Origin: a virus
DNA length: 38,017 nt
IMG/VR virus record: IMGVR_UViG_3300045988_122921
Strand: one strand, 5' to 3'
Shown here one piece after another: positions 7,821 to 15,510 of this stretch. The notes beneath the pieces were generated by a model, which was not told the origin of the DNA, searched no databases, and saw only the letters and a list, made by a program, of their open reading frames with translations. Within the stretch, counting starts at the first letter, position 1. Every line of letters starts with the position of its first letter. A program made the translations under genes and the position numbers.

Positions 7821-8497
7821 ACCTAAACAATGTTTATTCTGCTGTTATTAAGAGTTTGAAAAACAACTCAATAACAGCAGTAATAAACGAAGCAATAAAT
7901 ATTGAACGATTAAAAACCATGTATTTTGATTATACAGGGCCAAGAGAAGTTGAAATAAGATTTATTGATCCGAGAAAATTTAGTGTTGCCCAACGTCGAT
8001 TTATCTTTGCAATGCTAGAGGACATATTCTCTTTCACAGGGCAAGAAACGGAAGTGTTAAAGGAAATGTTCTATCTCAGGTTTGAAGCGTTACAAGGCTA
8101 TGAAATTAGCCTCAGAAACGACTCAACGAACACAATGGACGATGCAACCATTTTAGCGAACATTATCTTGAATTTCATCTTTGAAAATAATATTCCTTTC
8201 AAAAAAGGGTACGACATTTTACCAGCAAATCAAGAATATTACTTTTATAAATGTATCACTAACCGAGTTTGTTGTATTTGTGGCAAAACTGGTGCAGATA
8301 TTGACCATTTCGATAAAGCGCTAGGTCGACGCAAAAGAAAAAGCGTTGACCATACAGAATACACTTACGCTGGTTTATGTCGATGCCATCACACAGAAAA
8401 ACACAACATTGGTATTACAGCATTTAAGAAAAAATATCATGTTAAAGGGATTAAATTAAATCAAGAAACAATAAAGAAATTGCATATTGGAGTTTAA
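7817..8497 (+). CDS. HNH-like Cys/His nuclease-motif protein (DUF968/YajD-like)
   Basis: C-terminal CCICGKTGADIDHF...DHTEYTYAGLCRCHHTEKHN. Confidence 0.6.
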   Translation: MNLNNVYSAVIKSLKNNSITAVINEAINIERLKTMYFDYTGPREVEIRFIDPRKFSVAQRRFIFAMLEDIFSFTGQETEVLKEMFYLRFEALQGYEISLRNDSTNTMDDATILANIILNFIFENNIPFKKGYDILPANQEYYFYKCITNRVCCICGKTGADIDHFDKALGRRKRKSVDHTEYTYAGLCRCHHTEKHNIGITAFKKKYHVKGIKLNQETIKKLHIGV

Positions 8498-9448
8498 ATG
8501 GAAGGAGGGCATACGTTGTCAGATAAACAGAAAAAGCGTTATTACTGGCTTAAATTGAAAGAAAACTTTTTTGAAGAAGACACAATCGAATGGTTAGAAG
8601 AACAACCCAACGGAAAAGAGTACTGCTTAATATACCTAAAATTATGTTTGAAATCTTTAAAAACTGATGGGGTGTTAGTAAGGAACGTTGGCAGCATGTT
8701 AATCCCTTACGATGCCGAGACACTCGCTAGGGTCACAAATTCCACCGTCGACACTGTAAAAGTTGCGATGGATTTATTTAAGAAAATAGGACTAATACAG
8801 TTGCTCGATACTGGTGAAATATATATCAATCAACTTAATGAACTAGTTGGATCTGAGACAGAAGCAGCCAAACAAAAACGCTTGCAAAGGTCAAAGGTGG
8901 ACAATGTCCCTAAATTGTCCTCTGAATGTCCTGAAAATGTCGCCCAGAGTATAGAGTTAGAGTATAGAGATAAGAGTATAGAGAAAGATAATAAAGAAGA
9001 GCCAAAGAAATCTCCTTGTAAATATTCTGACGAACATTTACGTCTTGCTCAAAAATTACAAAATAATTTAATCAATGATTTTCCGAGTGAAATGAAAAGA
9101 GTGAACATTGAAAAGTGGGCTGACACGTTTAGGCTAATCGAAGAACGAGATCAACAAACTATTGCAGCAATTGACTATGTTCTTGATTGGTTACCGACAA
9201 ATTCATTCTGGTTTGGAAACATTAGAAGTGCTTCTAAGCTAAGAGCGCAGTTTGAAAAACTAAAATTTGAAATCAAGAATGAAAAAGAACGGGGCCAACA
9301 ACGAACGACTTACCAACGTCAAAATGTTAGGACTGAAAATTTACCAGGATGGGCAAAAGAATCAAATAACCAGCAAGAAGAAAAGTTATCGCCAGAAGAG
9401 CAAGCGGAACTTGATAGACAAATAAAAGAATTCATGGAGGGGAAATGA
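8498..9448 (+). CDS. Phage replisome organizer (DnaD/phage_rep_org_N type)
   Basis: KRYYWLKLKENFFEEDTIEWLEEQPNGKEYCLIYLKLCL is the replisome-organizer N-domain pattern. An alternative start at TTG 8516 follows a GGAAGGAGGG RBS. Confidence 0.85.
   Translation: MEGGHTLSDKQKKRYYWLKLKENFFEEDTIEWLEEQPNGKEYCLIYLKLCLKSLKTDGVLVRNVGSMLIPYDAETLARVTNSTVDTVKVAMDLFKKIGLIQLLDTGEIYINQLNELVGSETEAAKQKRLQRSKVDNVPKLSSECPENVAQSIELEYRDKSIEKDNKEEPKKSPCKYSDEHLRLAQKLQNNLINDFPSEMKRVNIEKWADTFRLIEERDQQTIAAIDYVLDWLPTNSFWFGNIRSASKLRAQFEKLKFEIKNEKERGQQRTTYQRQNVRTENLPGWAKESNNQQEEKLSPEEQAELDRQIKEFMEGK
8947..8983 (+). repeat. Iterons GAGTATAGAG x3 (8947, 8960, 8974); candidate phage origin inside the organizer gene
   Basis: Three exact 10-bp direct repeats spaced 13-14 bp apart within the inter-domain linker coding region. 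Confidence 0.6.
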
Positions 9449-9747
9449 TGAACGAATTAGTTAAATTAGTAGAAGAATGGGCGAAAGAAAAGCATTTAGA
9501 TAAAGCAGAGCCAGAAAAGCAAATGTTAAAAGTGATTGAGGAAGTCGGAGAAGTTGGCGCTGCATTGGCAAGAAATAATGAAAATGATCTAAGAGATGGT
9601 ATAGGTGATGTGGTTGTGACGTTAATTATTCTCGCTATGCAAAATAACATGGACTTATACGAATGCTTAAATCAAGCATACAGCGAAATTAAAAATCGGC
9701 AAGGGGAAATGGTAAACGGAGTATTCGTCAAAGAATCCGATTTGTAA
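9445..9747 (+). CDS. mazG: MazG-like nucleoside triphosphate pyrophosphohydrolase
   Basis: KVIEEVGEVGAALARNNENDLRDGIGDVVVTLIILA carries the EExGE...D motifs of the all-alpha NTP-PPase fold. Confidence 0.8.
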   Translation: MMNELVKLVEEWAKEKHLDKAEPEKQMLKVIEEVGEVGAALARNNENDLRDGIGDVVVTLIILAMQNNMDLYECLNQAYSEIKNRQGEMVNGVFVKESDL

Positions 9748-9768
9748 GGTTTGGGGTGGAAAGAGATA

Positions 9769-10293
9769 ATGACAAAGTACCCAACACAAGAATTAAAAAA
9801 CAAAAGAAAATTTCATGTGCAATTCATGAGTACAGAGGCAATGAAAAATATTTATGAGCTAGGATATCCCTTTGAATACTTCGAAGATAGTTGCCAATTT
9901 GCGATTGAAACGCCTGTAGGTGTCATTGATTACTTCGGGATAAATGGCACTTGGGTTGTCCGCAAAGGACAAGACCGAGGGAAAGGCATACGAAAATTGA
10001 AGCAGTACATTAAAAACAGAGTAGGTGATCACGTGGAAAAAGTAAAAGTAGTGAAATGTAGTGGATATCTGGATAAAGACGGTAACATCACTAATCAAAT
10101 TAAGCAGGCGATGCATTTTACAGACGATGAATTAGCGAATCTTGCTGCAGAAGTGGCAGGTGGAAAGGTCGTAAACGTTGTAATTCCACCAGAAAAGCCA
10201 AAACAATTACTTGAAAAAGTGAAAGAAGAATCATTTCAAGAAAAACCTAAAAAGAAAACCAAGAGCAATCAATCTTGGATGAAGAAGAAATAA
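9769..10293 (+). CDS. Hypothetical protein with a Lys-rich tail, 174 aa
   Basis: Track ORF. ATG 9769 follows GGTGGAAAGAG. Confidence 0.6.
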   Translation: MTKYPTQELKNKRKFHVQFMSTEAMKNIYELGYPFEYFEDSCQFAIETPVGVIDYFGINGTWVVRKGQDRGKGIRKLKQYIKNRVGDHVEKVKVVKCSGYLDKDGNITNQIKQAMHFTDDELANLAAEVAGGKVVNVVIPPEKPKQLLEKVKEESFQEKPKKKTKSNQSWMKKK

Positions 10294-10418
10294 TTTGTTG
10301 TTTTTTGTAACGTGATTTAACCGTAGCTAGATTTTAAAACTAGTTTAGGGTAATTAATCATAAATGATTTAAAACGCCTTAAATCGAAAAATAAAGCGGT
10401 AAATTGTGAGGTAAAAAA

Positions 10419-10646
10419 ATGAAATTAACTAGTGTGACATTTAAGCCGTCGGCTGAACGTTTTCCGCCAATTGTGGCAATAGATTTAGACCAATTAACAC
10501 CAGAGGAATACGTGACACTTAGAAATTTGGGGTATGACACGCAACTTTCCAAAATTACAAAAAGGACCTTTGAAGAGTTGGAAGGCCATTTGGGAATTCG
10601 AGGAGACGTTGCAAAGAAAAATGGATTTTATGTATTAATCAAATAA
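10419..10646 (+). CDS. Hypothetical protein, 75 aa
   Basis: Track ORF with a GTGAGG RBS. Confidence 0.6.
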   Translation: MKLTSVTFKPSAERFPPIVAIDLDQLTPEEYVTLRNLGYDTQLSKITKRTFEELEGHLGIRGDVAKKNGFYVLIK

Positions 10647-10648
10647 TC

Positions 10649-10700
10649 AGAAAGGAGTGGAGTTTGTGGCCACAGTAAAGAATTCTTTACTCCTTTGAAA
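10649..10700 (+). promoter_or_regulatory. Palindrome-bearing leader element, copy 1 (paralogue at 11446-11497)
   Basis: AGAAAGGAGTGGAGTTTG, then palindrome TGTGGCCACA, then palindrome AAAGAATTCTTT, then ACTCCTTT, which pairs with the AAAGGAGT Shine-Dalgarno. A 4-codon mini-ORF (TTG 10664 to TAA 10678) precedes ATG 10703, which has no RBS. Confidence 0.55.
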
Positions 10701-10702
10701 TT

Positions 10703-11443
10703 ATGATAGTATGGGCACTATTTGATAGTGGGAACGGATGTTATAAGCGTTCTGCACAAAAGTTTGAAGATATAGAAATATACAGCATAGGTTTGGATAT
10801 TGAAAATAAGAATGACCATTTTATTCATCTGAATTTAGCGGACTATTCTTATATGTTTAATGATAATAAATTATTCAAAGTTTTAGACAAATTACCAAAG
10901 CCAGATTTAATCATTGCAAGCCCACCATGTGAAAGCTGGTCAGTAGCTAGTGCAATGAAAAATGGTAATGCTTGTTGGAAAAGAGAAGATGTAACAGATA
11001 ATTTATTTGCACCACAGATATTACCAAGCCCGTTTACTATAAGAACCACAATAGATTACGAAGATACTAATTATGTTTATGAAAGGCAATTTTTAAAAAG
11101 AGTGAATGGAGAGTTAACGGTTTTTAATACTATAAAAATTATAAAAAAGTACCAACCAAAATATTTCATCATTGAGAACCCCGCTAGTGGCAAAATTTGG
11201 GAATATATCGAAGATGTCTTGAATTTTAAACTGCCATTTAAAAATTTAACCAGGTATAACAATTATGATTATCCATTACAGAAGCCCACGAAATTTGCTA
11301 GTAATATCCATTTGGGATTGAAAAATAAAGTTATTAAACAAGAAATTGCTTGGGGGAATTTTTCCAAAAGCTATAATGAACGATCAAATATTCCAGAAAA
11401 ATTAGTGGATGACATATTTAAAAAGGTTCTAGAGAAAAAATAA
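10703..11443 (+). CDS. Compact C5-cytosine DNA methyltransferase-like protein (246 aa)
   Basis: Motif I LFDSGNG, motif IV ASPPCESWS, motif VI IIENP, motif VIII-like YDYPLQKPTKF, motif X-like RSNIPEKL. The target-recognition region is very short. Confidence 0.7.
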   Translation: MIVWALFDSGNGCYKRSAQKFEDIEIYSIGLDIENKNDHFIHLNLADYSYMFNDNKLFKVLDKLPKPDLIIASPPCESWSVASAMKNGNACWKREDVTDNLFAPQILPSPFTIRTTIDYEDTNYVYERQFLKRVNGELTVFNTIKIIKKYQPKYFIIENPASGKIWEYIEDVLNFKLPFKNLTRYNNYDYPLQKPTKFASNIHLGLKNKVIKQEIAWGNFSKSYNERSNIPEKLVDDIFKKVLEKK

Positions 11444-11445
11444 AT

Positions 11446-11497
11446 AGAAAGGAGTGGAGTTTGCGGCCGCATAAAAAGCTTTTTGCTCCTTTAAAAA
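11446..11497 (+). promoter_or_regulatory. Palindrome-bearing leader element, copy 2
   Basis: The first 18 nt match copy 1, followed by palindromes TGCGGCCGCA and AAAAAGCTTTTT. GCTCCTTT pairs with the SD. Here the TTG (11461) opens the long ORF. Confidence 0.55.
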
Positions 11498-12153
11498 CGA
11501 TGAAACTAACAACAGAAAAAATAAATGAATTGCTAGGTGTTGATGATGCCTACAAAGCGCCAGAAGCGCTCATGAATATATTACTAAGTCGCGATAAACG
11601 AGAAATCGTGTTTAACAAATTTTTAGAAATAGAAAAAGATTTAACTTTCGATTGGTTTCACGAATATTTTCAAGACGAACATGCTGATCGGAAAGTTAAG
11701 AAGCAAGATTTTACGCCAAATTCAATTGGGGAAGTGATTGCAAAAATCGTAGGGCCTGGAAGTGGGTTGACACATGAAGTAGCTTCTGGGACAGGTGGAA
11801 TGATCATACAAAAATGGCGAGCAGACAGACTATCTATTGGTTTTTTTGAATATAAACCATCAATGACTTTTTACGATTTAGAGGAGTTATCTGATAGAAC
11901 CATTCCGTTCCTGCTGTTCAATCTTGCTATTCGTGGGATGAATGCCACCGTAGTCCACGGTGATTCGCTAGACAGAAAAATAAAACAGATTTACTTTTTA
12001 CAAAATTCAAAAGATGATTCGTTGGCTTTTAGCGATGTAAATGTTATGCCGCACAGCGATGTGGTCACAAGAGAGTTTCAAGTCAGAGAATGGCTGGAAG
12101 AAGCTATTGATCACATCGAAAGTCCCAGCGTGTTAGGAGGAGAAAACGAATGA
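11461..12153 (+). CDS. N6-adenine MTase-like protein: HsdM/gamma-class N-terminal half, catalytic NPPY/F replaced, truncated
   Basis: KKQDFTPNSIGEVIAKIV (FxTP motif), HEVASGTGGMII (motif I), NLAIRGMNATVVHGDSL. Where (D/N)PP(Y/F) is expected the sequence reads FSDVNVMPHSD, and the protein ends 35 aa later. Start is TTG 11461 or ATG 11500. Confidence 0.65.
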   Translation: MRPHKKLFAPLKTMKLTTEKINELLGVDDAYKAPEALMNILLSRDKREIVFNKFLEIEKDLTFDWFHEYFQDEHADRKVKKQDFTPNSIGEVIAKIVGPGSGLTHEVASGTGGMIIQKWRADRLSIGFFEYKPSMTFYDLEELSDRTIPFLLFNLAIRGMNATVVHGDSLDRKIKQIYFLQNSKDDSLAFSDVNVMPHSDVVTREFQVREWLEEAIDHIESPSVLGGENE

Positions 12154-13094
12154 GCAAACGTCCCAGACTTTTTGCTGGCTATTTTTTAGAATGGATTGAA
12201 ACTTACAAAGTCGGTGCAATTAGAGATATCTCAGTTAGTAAATATTATATAGCCCACAAACACCTTACTGAAATTTGCCCTGATTTAACGATAGATAAAT
12301 TAGATAGAAAGGCTTATCAAAGCATCCTTAATGAATACGCTCTGACACATGAGCGGCAGACAACAATGGATTTTCATCACCAAATTGGCAGCTGTGTAAG
12401 AGATATGTATCACGAAGGACTAATTAAACGTGATCCAACCTACAAAGCGATTATCAAAGGAATACCGCCGAGACCAAAAAAGAAAAAATTCCTGCAAAAA
12501 GGCGAACTACAAAAGCTGTTGAGATCACTAGAACTTGGCGAAGGGATAAATATGGATTGGTTCATTTTACTGGTTGCAAAAACAGGAATGCGCTTTGCGG
12601 AAGCCATTGCGTTAACACCAGCTGATTTTGATTGGACCAGAAATACCGTCAGCATTAATAAAACATTGAACTACAAAAATTCTACAATGTTTTTTCAGGA
12701 TACGAAAAACAAAAGTTCTGTTAGAACGATAAGCATCGATTGGCAAATAGTTGGTCAGTTTAAACCGCTCATTGAAAATTTACCTCAAGATGAATTGATT
12801 TTTGTAAATCGAGATGAAAAGACAGGCAAATATAAACGAATTTTCAATTCAACATACAATTCCCACCTGATCAGAAAATGCAAAGAATCAGGAATCACTG
12901 TCATCACAATGCACGGACTTAGACATACACATGCAAGTATTTTACTCGCTGACGGGGTGTCAACTCATAGCATAGCTAAACGTCTAGGACATTCAAGCGT
13001 GACTACTACTCAAGAAACATATATGCATATCATTGATGAATTACAGAGTAAGGATGATGAAAAGATTCTTGGTGCATTGATGCAACTTTCCTAG
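12150..13094 (+). CDS. Second tyrosine recombinase (XerC/D-sized, no arm-binding domain)
   Basis: AKTGMRFAEAIAL (Arg), HGLRHTHASILL (H-x-x-R), LGHSSVTTTQETYMHI (His, Tyr). ATGA overlap with the preceding MTase-like ORF. Confidence 0.9.
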   Translation: MSKRPRLFAGYFLEWIETYKVGAIRDISVSKYYIAHKHLTEICPDLTIDKLDRKAYQSILNEYALTHERQTTMDFHHQIGSCVRDMYHEGLIKRDPTYKAIIKGIPPRPKKKKFLQKGELQKLLRSLELGEGINMDWFILLVAKTGMRFAEAIALTPADFDWTRNTVSINKTLNYKNSTMFFQDTKNKSSVRTISIDWQIVGQFKPLIENLPQDELIFVNRDEKTGKYKRIFNSTYNSHLIRKCKESGITVITMHGLRHTHASILLADGVSTHSIAKRLGHSSVTTTQETYMHIIDELQSKDDEKILGALMQLS

Positions 13095-13106
13095 TGTGGT
13101 GATTTC

Positions 13107-13679
13107 ATGTATAGAAAATGGACAGAAGACGAACTAGTGTATTTAGAATATTTTGTTTTTGAAAACGATACTCAGCTAATTGAAGCTTCTAAGCACTTAA
13201 ATAGAAGCACCAATGCGATTAGAAAAAAATTGTGCAAAATGCGAAAAGAAGATAATTTTAGATGCTACATGCACCGTCTATGGTCTGAAAAAGAGGATGA
13301 GTTCTTAAAAAAGCACTATTTATCTATGAAAAATAAGTATATAGCTGATAGGTTAAATCGTACAGTTGGAGCTGTTGAGTTTAGGGCTAAAAAATTAGGG
13401 CTGACAAAGCACAAGAAGATTAAAGAGCTAGATACAGAAATCCGACGTTTGATTGACGAAGATTACTACCTCAGCCAAATATGCACAAAATTAAACATTA
13501 AGATGTCGTCTCTAATCGCACATTGCCAACGTGAAAAAATCCCTTATAAAAAAATGCCTAGAACTGAGTATAAAAACTATGGTAACCACGTTTGGAATGT
13601 GCAAGATAAAGTGAGATTCCAAGAATATTTAAGCAAACAAGAGTTGAAAGCGAGTGAAGAAGATGATTCCAAAGTTTAG
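13107..13679 (+). CDS. SANT/Myb-like repeat DNA-binding protein
   Basis: Two W-x-E/D-acidic-x-L repeats (KWTEDELVYLEYF...NAIRKKL and LWSEKEDEFLKKHY...GAVEFRAKKLGL), plus a C-terminal HTH-like segment. Confidence 0.6.
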   Translation: MYRKWTEDELVYLEYFVFENDTQLIEASKHLNRSTNAIRKKLCKMRKEDNFRCYMHRLWSEKEDEFLKKHYLSMKNKYIADRLNRTVGAVEFRAKKLGLTKHKKIKELDTEIRRLIDEDYYLSQICTKLNIKMSSLIAHCQREKIPYKKMPRTEYKNYGNHVWNVQDKVRFQEYLSKQELKASEEDDSKV

Positions 13680-14043
13680 AGCATATTCAGTAAAAGAAAA
13701 CATAATGTATTATCCAGATGAAGATAAAAATGTAGAATGGACTATTGATGATGATACAGGATTTATAGCGCCTCTTATCAATCTAGAAAATGGCATGTGG
13801 GGAATGATTGATAAATATGTTCTCATGCAATCAACAGGGTTGAAAGACAAGAACGGCGTTGAATTTTTTGAGGGTGATATTGGATGGGATGACCATCAAG
13901 AAGTGCACGGACAAGTAATTTTTGAAAATGGTGCATTTAAATACGAGTGGGAAAATATATCTGAGGATTTATTTGAAGCTACCGACGATATTGAGATTGT
14001 TGGGAATATCCATGAAAATCCAGAACTATTGGAGGGAAATTAA
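13663..14043 (+). CDS. YopX-family protein
   Basis: IPKFRAY...LMQSTGLKDKNGVEFFEGDI...EIVGNIHENPELL is the YopX signature. Confidence 0.85.
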   Translation: MIPKFRAYSVKENIMYYPDEDKNVEWTIDDDTGFIAPLINLENGMWGMIDKYVLMQSTGLKDKNGVEFFEGDIGWDDHQEVHGQVIFENGAFKYEWENISEDLFEATDDIEIVGNIHENPELLEGN

Positions 14044-14379
14044 ATGCATGAACTAATAAAAGAAATTGAACGTCAATTAGAAATGGATCGCATTGAAGAA
14101 GGAAATATGTCTGCAGAAGATGTTTTATACATCGTAAAAGGGTTTAAAAGACCATATCTAAACGAAAATCAGCAGATTGTGCTTGATTGGTTGAAAGAAT
14201 CATGCAAATTAAACGGATTACGTGAAGTTATCGAAATTATGGGGTTTCTATCAACTACTGGTGGAAAAATGAAGTATAAGCAAGTAGCTTATGCATATGG
14301 TGACTTAAATGATGATGAATTGAAGCATGTCTTACAAGCGTTTAGCCAGTGGTCTATTGAACAGGAGGAAGCGAAATGA
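14044..14379 (+). CDS. Hypothetical protein, 111 aa
   Basis: Track ORF, tightly packed with its neighbours. Confidence 0.6.
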   Translation: MHELIKEIERQLEMDRIEEGNMSAEDVLYIVKGFKRPYLNENQQIVLDWLKESCKLNGLREVIEIMGFLSTTGGKMKYKQVAYAYGDLNDDELKHVLQAFSQWSIEQEEAK

Positions 14380-14525
14380 GATATTCAAGTGTTAAGCGTT
14401 TGTATGAAGTCTTTAATTTTGAAAATAGAACTTTTAGAGATTTTTGCTGGCACTTATATGAAAACAGAGTTATTACAATTTCTGAATGTGCAAAATTTAT
14501 CAGAATGGAGGAAGCAAATGGCTAA
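14376..14525 (+). CDS. Small hypothetical protein, 49 aa (MRYSSVKRLYEVFNFENRTFRDFCWHLYENRVITISECAKFIRMEEANG)
   Basis: Not in the track. ATGA overlap with the previous ORF, and a GGAGGAAG RBS 7 nt upstream. Confidence 0.5.
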   Translation: MRYSSVKRLYEVFNFENRTFRDFCWHLYENRVITISECAKFIRMEEANG

Positions 14526-14925
14526 GAATGAATTGATTGAGAAGTGGGAAAGCAAGGAAGGTGCGCCCTCATATGAAATAAGCTCCTTTCCAGTTAATCC
14601 ATCTTTAAAAGGAATGTATATTGCAGGTTATGGCGTTGCTCGAAAGGAAATTCTAAACGATTTAAAACAACTAGACGAACCGAAAAAAGTCATATTTTCA
14701 CATGAAGAGAAATTCGTGGCAGATTGGCTTGATGGTTTAAAGGGTAGAATTAGTGATAAAAAACTAAGCTCTGGTGCTGCATTTATGGTATTCGTTGGTC
14801 AACAGTTAGAATGCTTATATTATAACGAATATACATTGATAACTGACGATGTTGAGGGTTGGCTTTTACATCCAGAAAATAAAGTAAAACTATTGAATGC
14901 GATTGATAACGGCTACGAAGTCTAG
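14518..14925 (+). CDS. Hypothetical phage protein, 135 aa (possibly DUF1642-like)
   Basis: ATG 14518 follows a GGAGGA RBS. The upstream part of track ORF 14389-14925 has no RBS. Confidence 0.6.
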   Translation: MAKNELIEKWESKEGAPSYEISSFPVNPSLKGMYIAGYGVARKEILNDLKQLDEPKKVIFSHEEKFVADWLDGLKGRISDKKLSSGAAFMVFVGQQLECLYYNEYTLITDDVEGWLLHPENKVKLLNAIDNGYEV

Positions 14926-14992
14926 AAAGAGCAATTGTACTATGTGAGTTTTGGTTTATGAAAAGAGATTTAATTGAAGTGGAGGATAAGCA

Positions 14993-15163
14993 ATGCTAAG
15001 TTATCCAGAAGTTTATATCTTAGGCCGTCAAGTAGACGGCGTGTATGTTGAGTACCTGCATGGAGCAGAGCAAGCCGATTTATTTTTCGATTATACAATT
15101 GCTCGTGATGAAAGAAATCATATGAATAAAACCAATACAAAAGATGGCGAATGGAGAATTTAA
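14993..15163 (+). CDS. Small hypothetical protein, 56 aa (MLSYPEVYILGRQVDGVYVEYLHGAEQADLFF...)
   Basis: Not in the track. GGAGGA RBS 6 nt upstream. It displaces the antisense track ORF 14970-15179. Confidence 0.55.
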   Translation: MLSYPEVYILGRQVDGVYVEYLHGAEQADLFFDYTIARDERNHMNKTNTKDGEWRI

Positions 15164-15242
15164 AAATACGGGAGGCCAATTACATTGGAGTTTTAACTTA
15201 TTGCAACTTTTTTACAATAACTAGCTGATTTTTTGCAAACAA

Positions 15243-15429
15243 AAAGCCAGCCGACCAATGGCTGACTAATGTGGTAGTTAGCACTTTTCCCAAGTAAAGT
15301 GCTAATAGTGCCAACAAATAAGGTTGACATTGTGTCTCTGGTGGAGACAGGAACTATCGATAACTGTTTTCCGCCAGTTATCATAGAAAAGGAGAAATTT
15401 ATTTCAGAAATAAAATCCCCAAGAAAGTT
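15243..15429 (-). ncRNA. Candidate ~185-nt structured sRNA divergent from arpU
   Basis: Minus-strand extended -10 TGATATAAT (rc 15436-15444). Four hairpins: 15359-15382 (8 bp), 15333-15349 (6 bp), 15278-15305 (10 bp), and 15245-15267 followed by a U-tract as terminator. A single-stranded UUUCUCCUUUUC anti-SD-like tract is present. The only ORF here (15193-15384) has no RBS and runs through the hairpins. Confidence 0.45.
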
Positions 15430-15510
15430 AATATGATTATATCATGAGTAAATGTATTTGAAAATACTATCTCATAGTACGTATTGTAAAAAGTTTATTT
15501 AGTAGAAAAT

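Noticed and set aside
14970-15384. Track ORFs 14970-15179 (-) and 15193-15384 (-)
   Set aside because: Neither has a Shine-Dalgarno. The first is antisense to a plus-strand ORF with a GGAGGA RBS. The second runs through four consecutive hairpins and a terminator, so the region is better explained as an sRNA.
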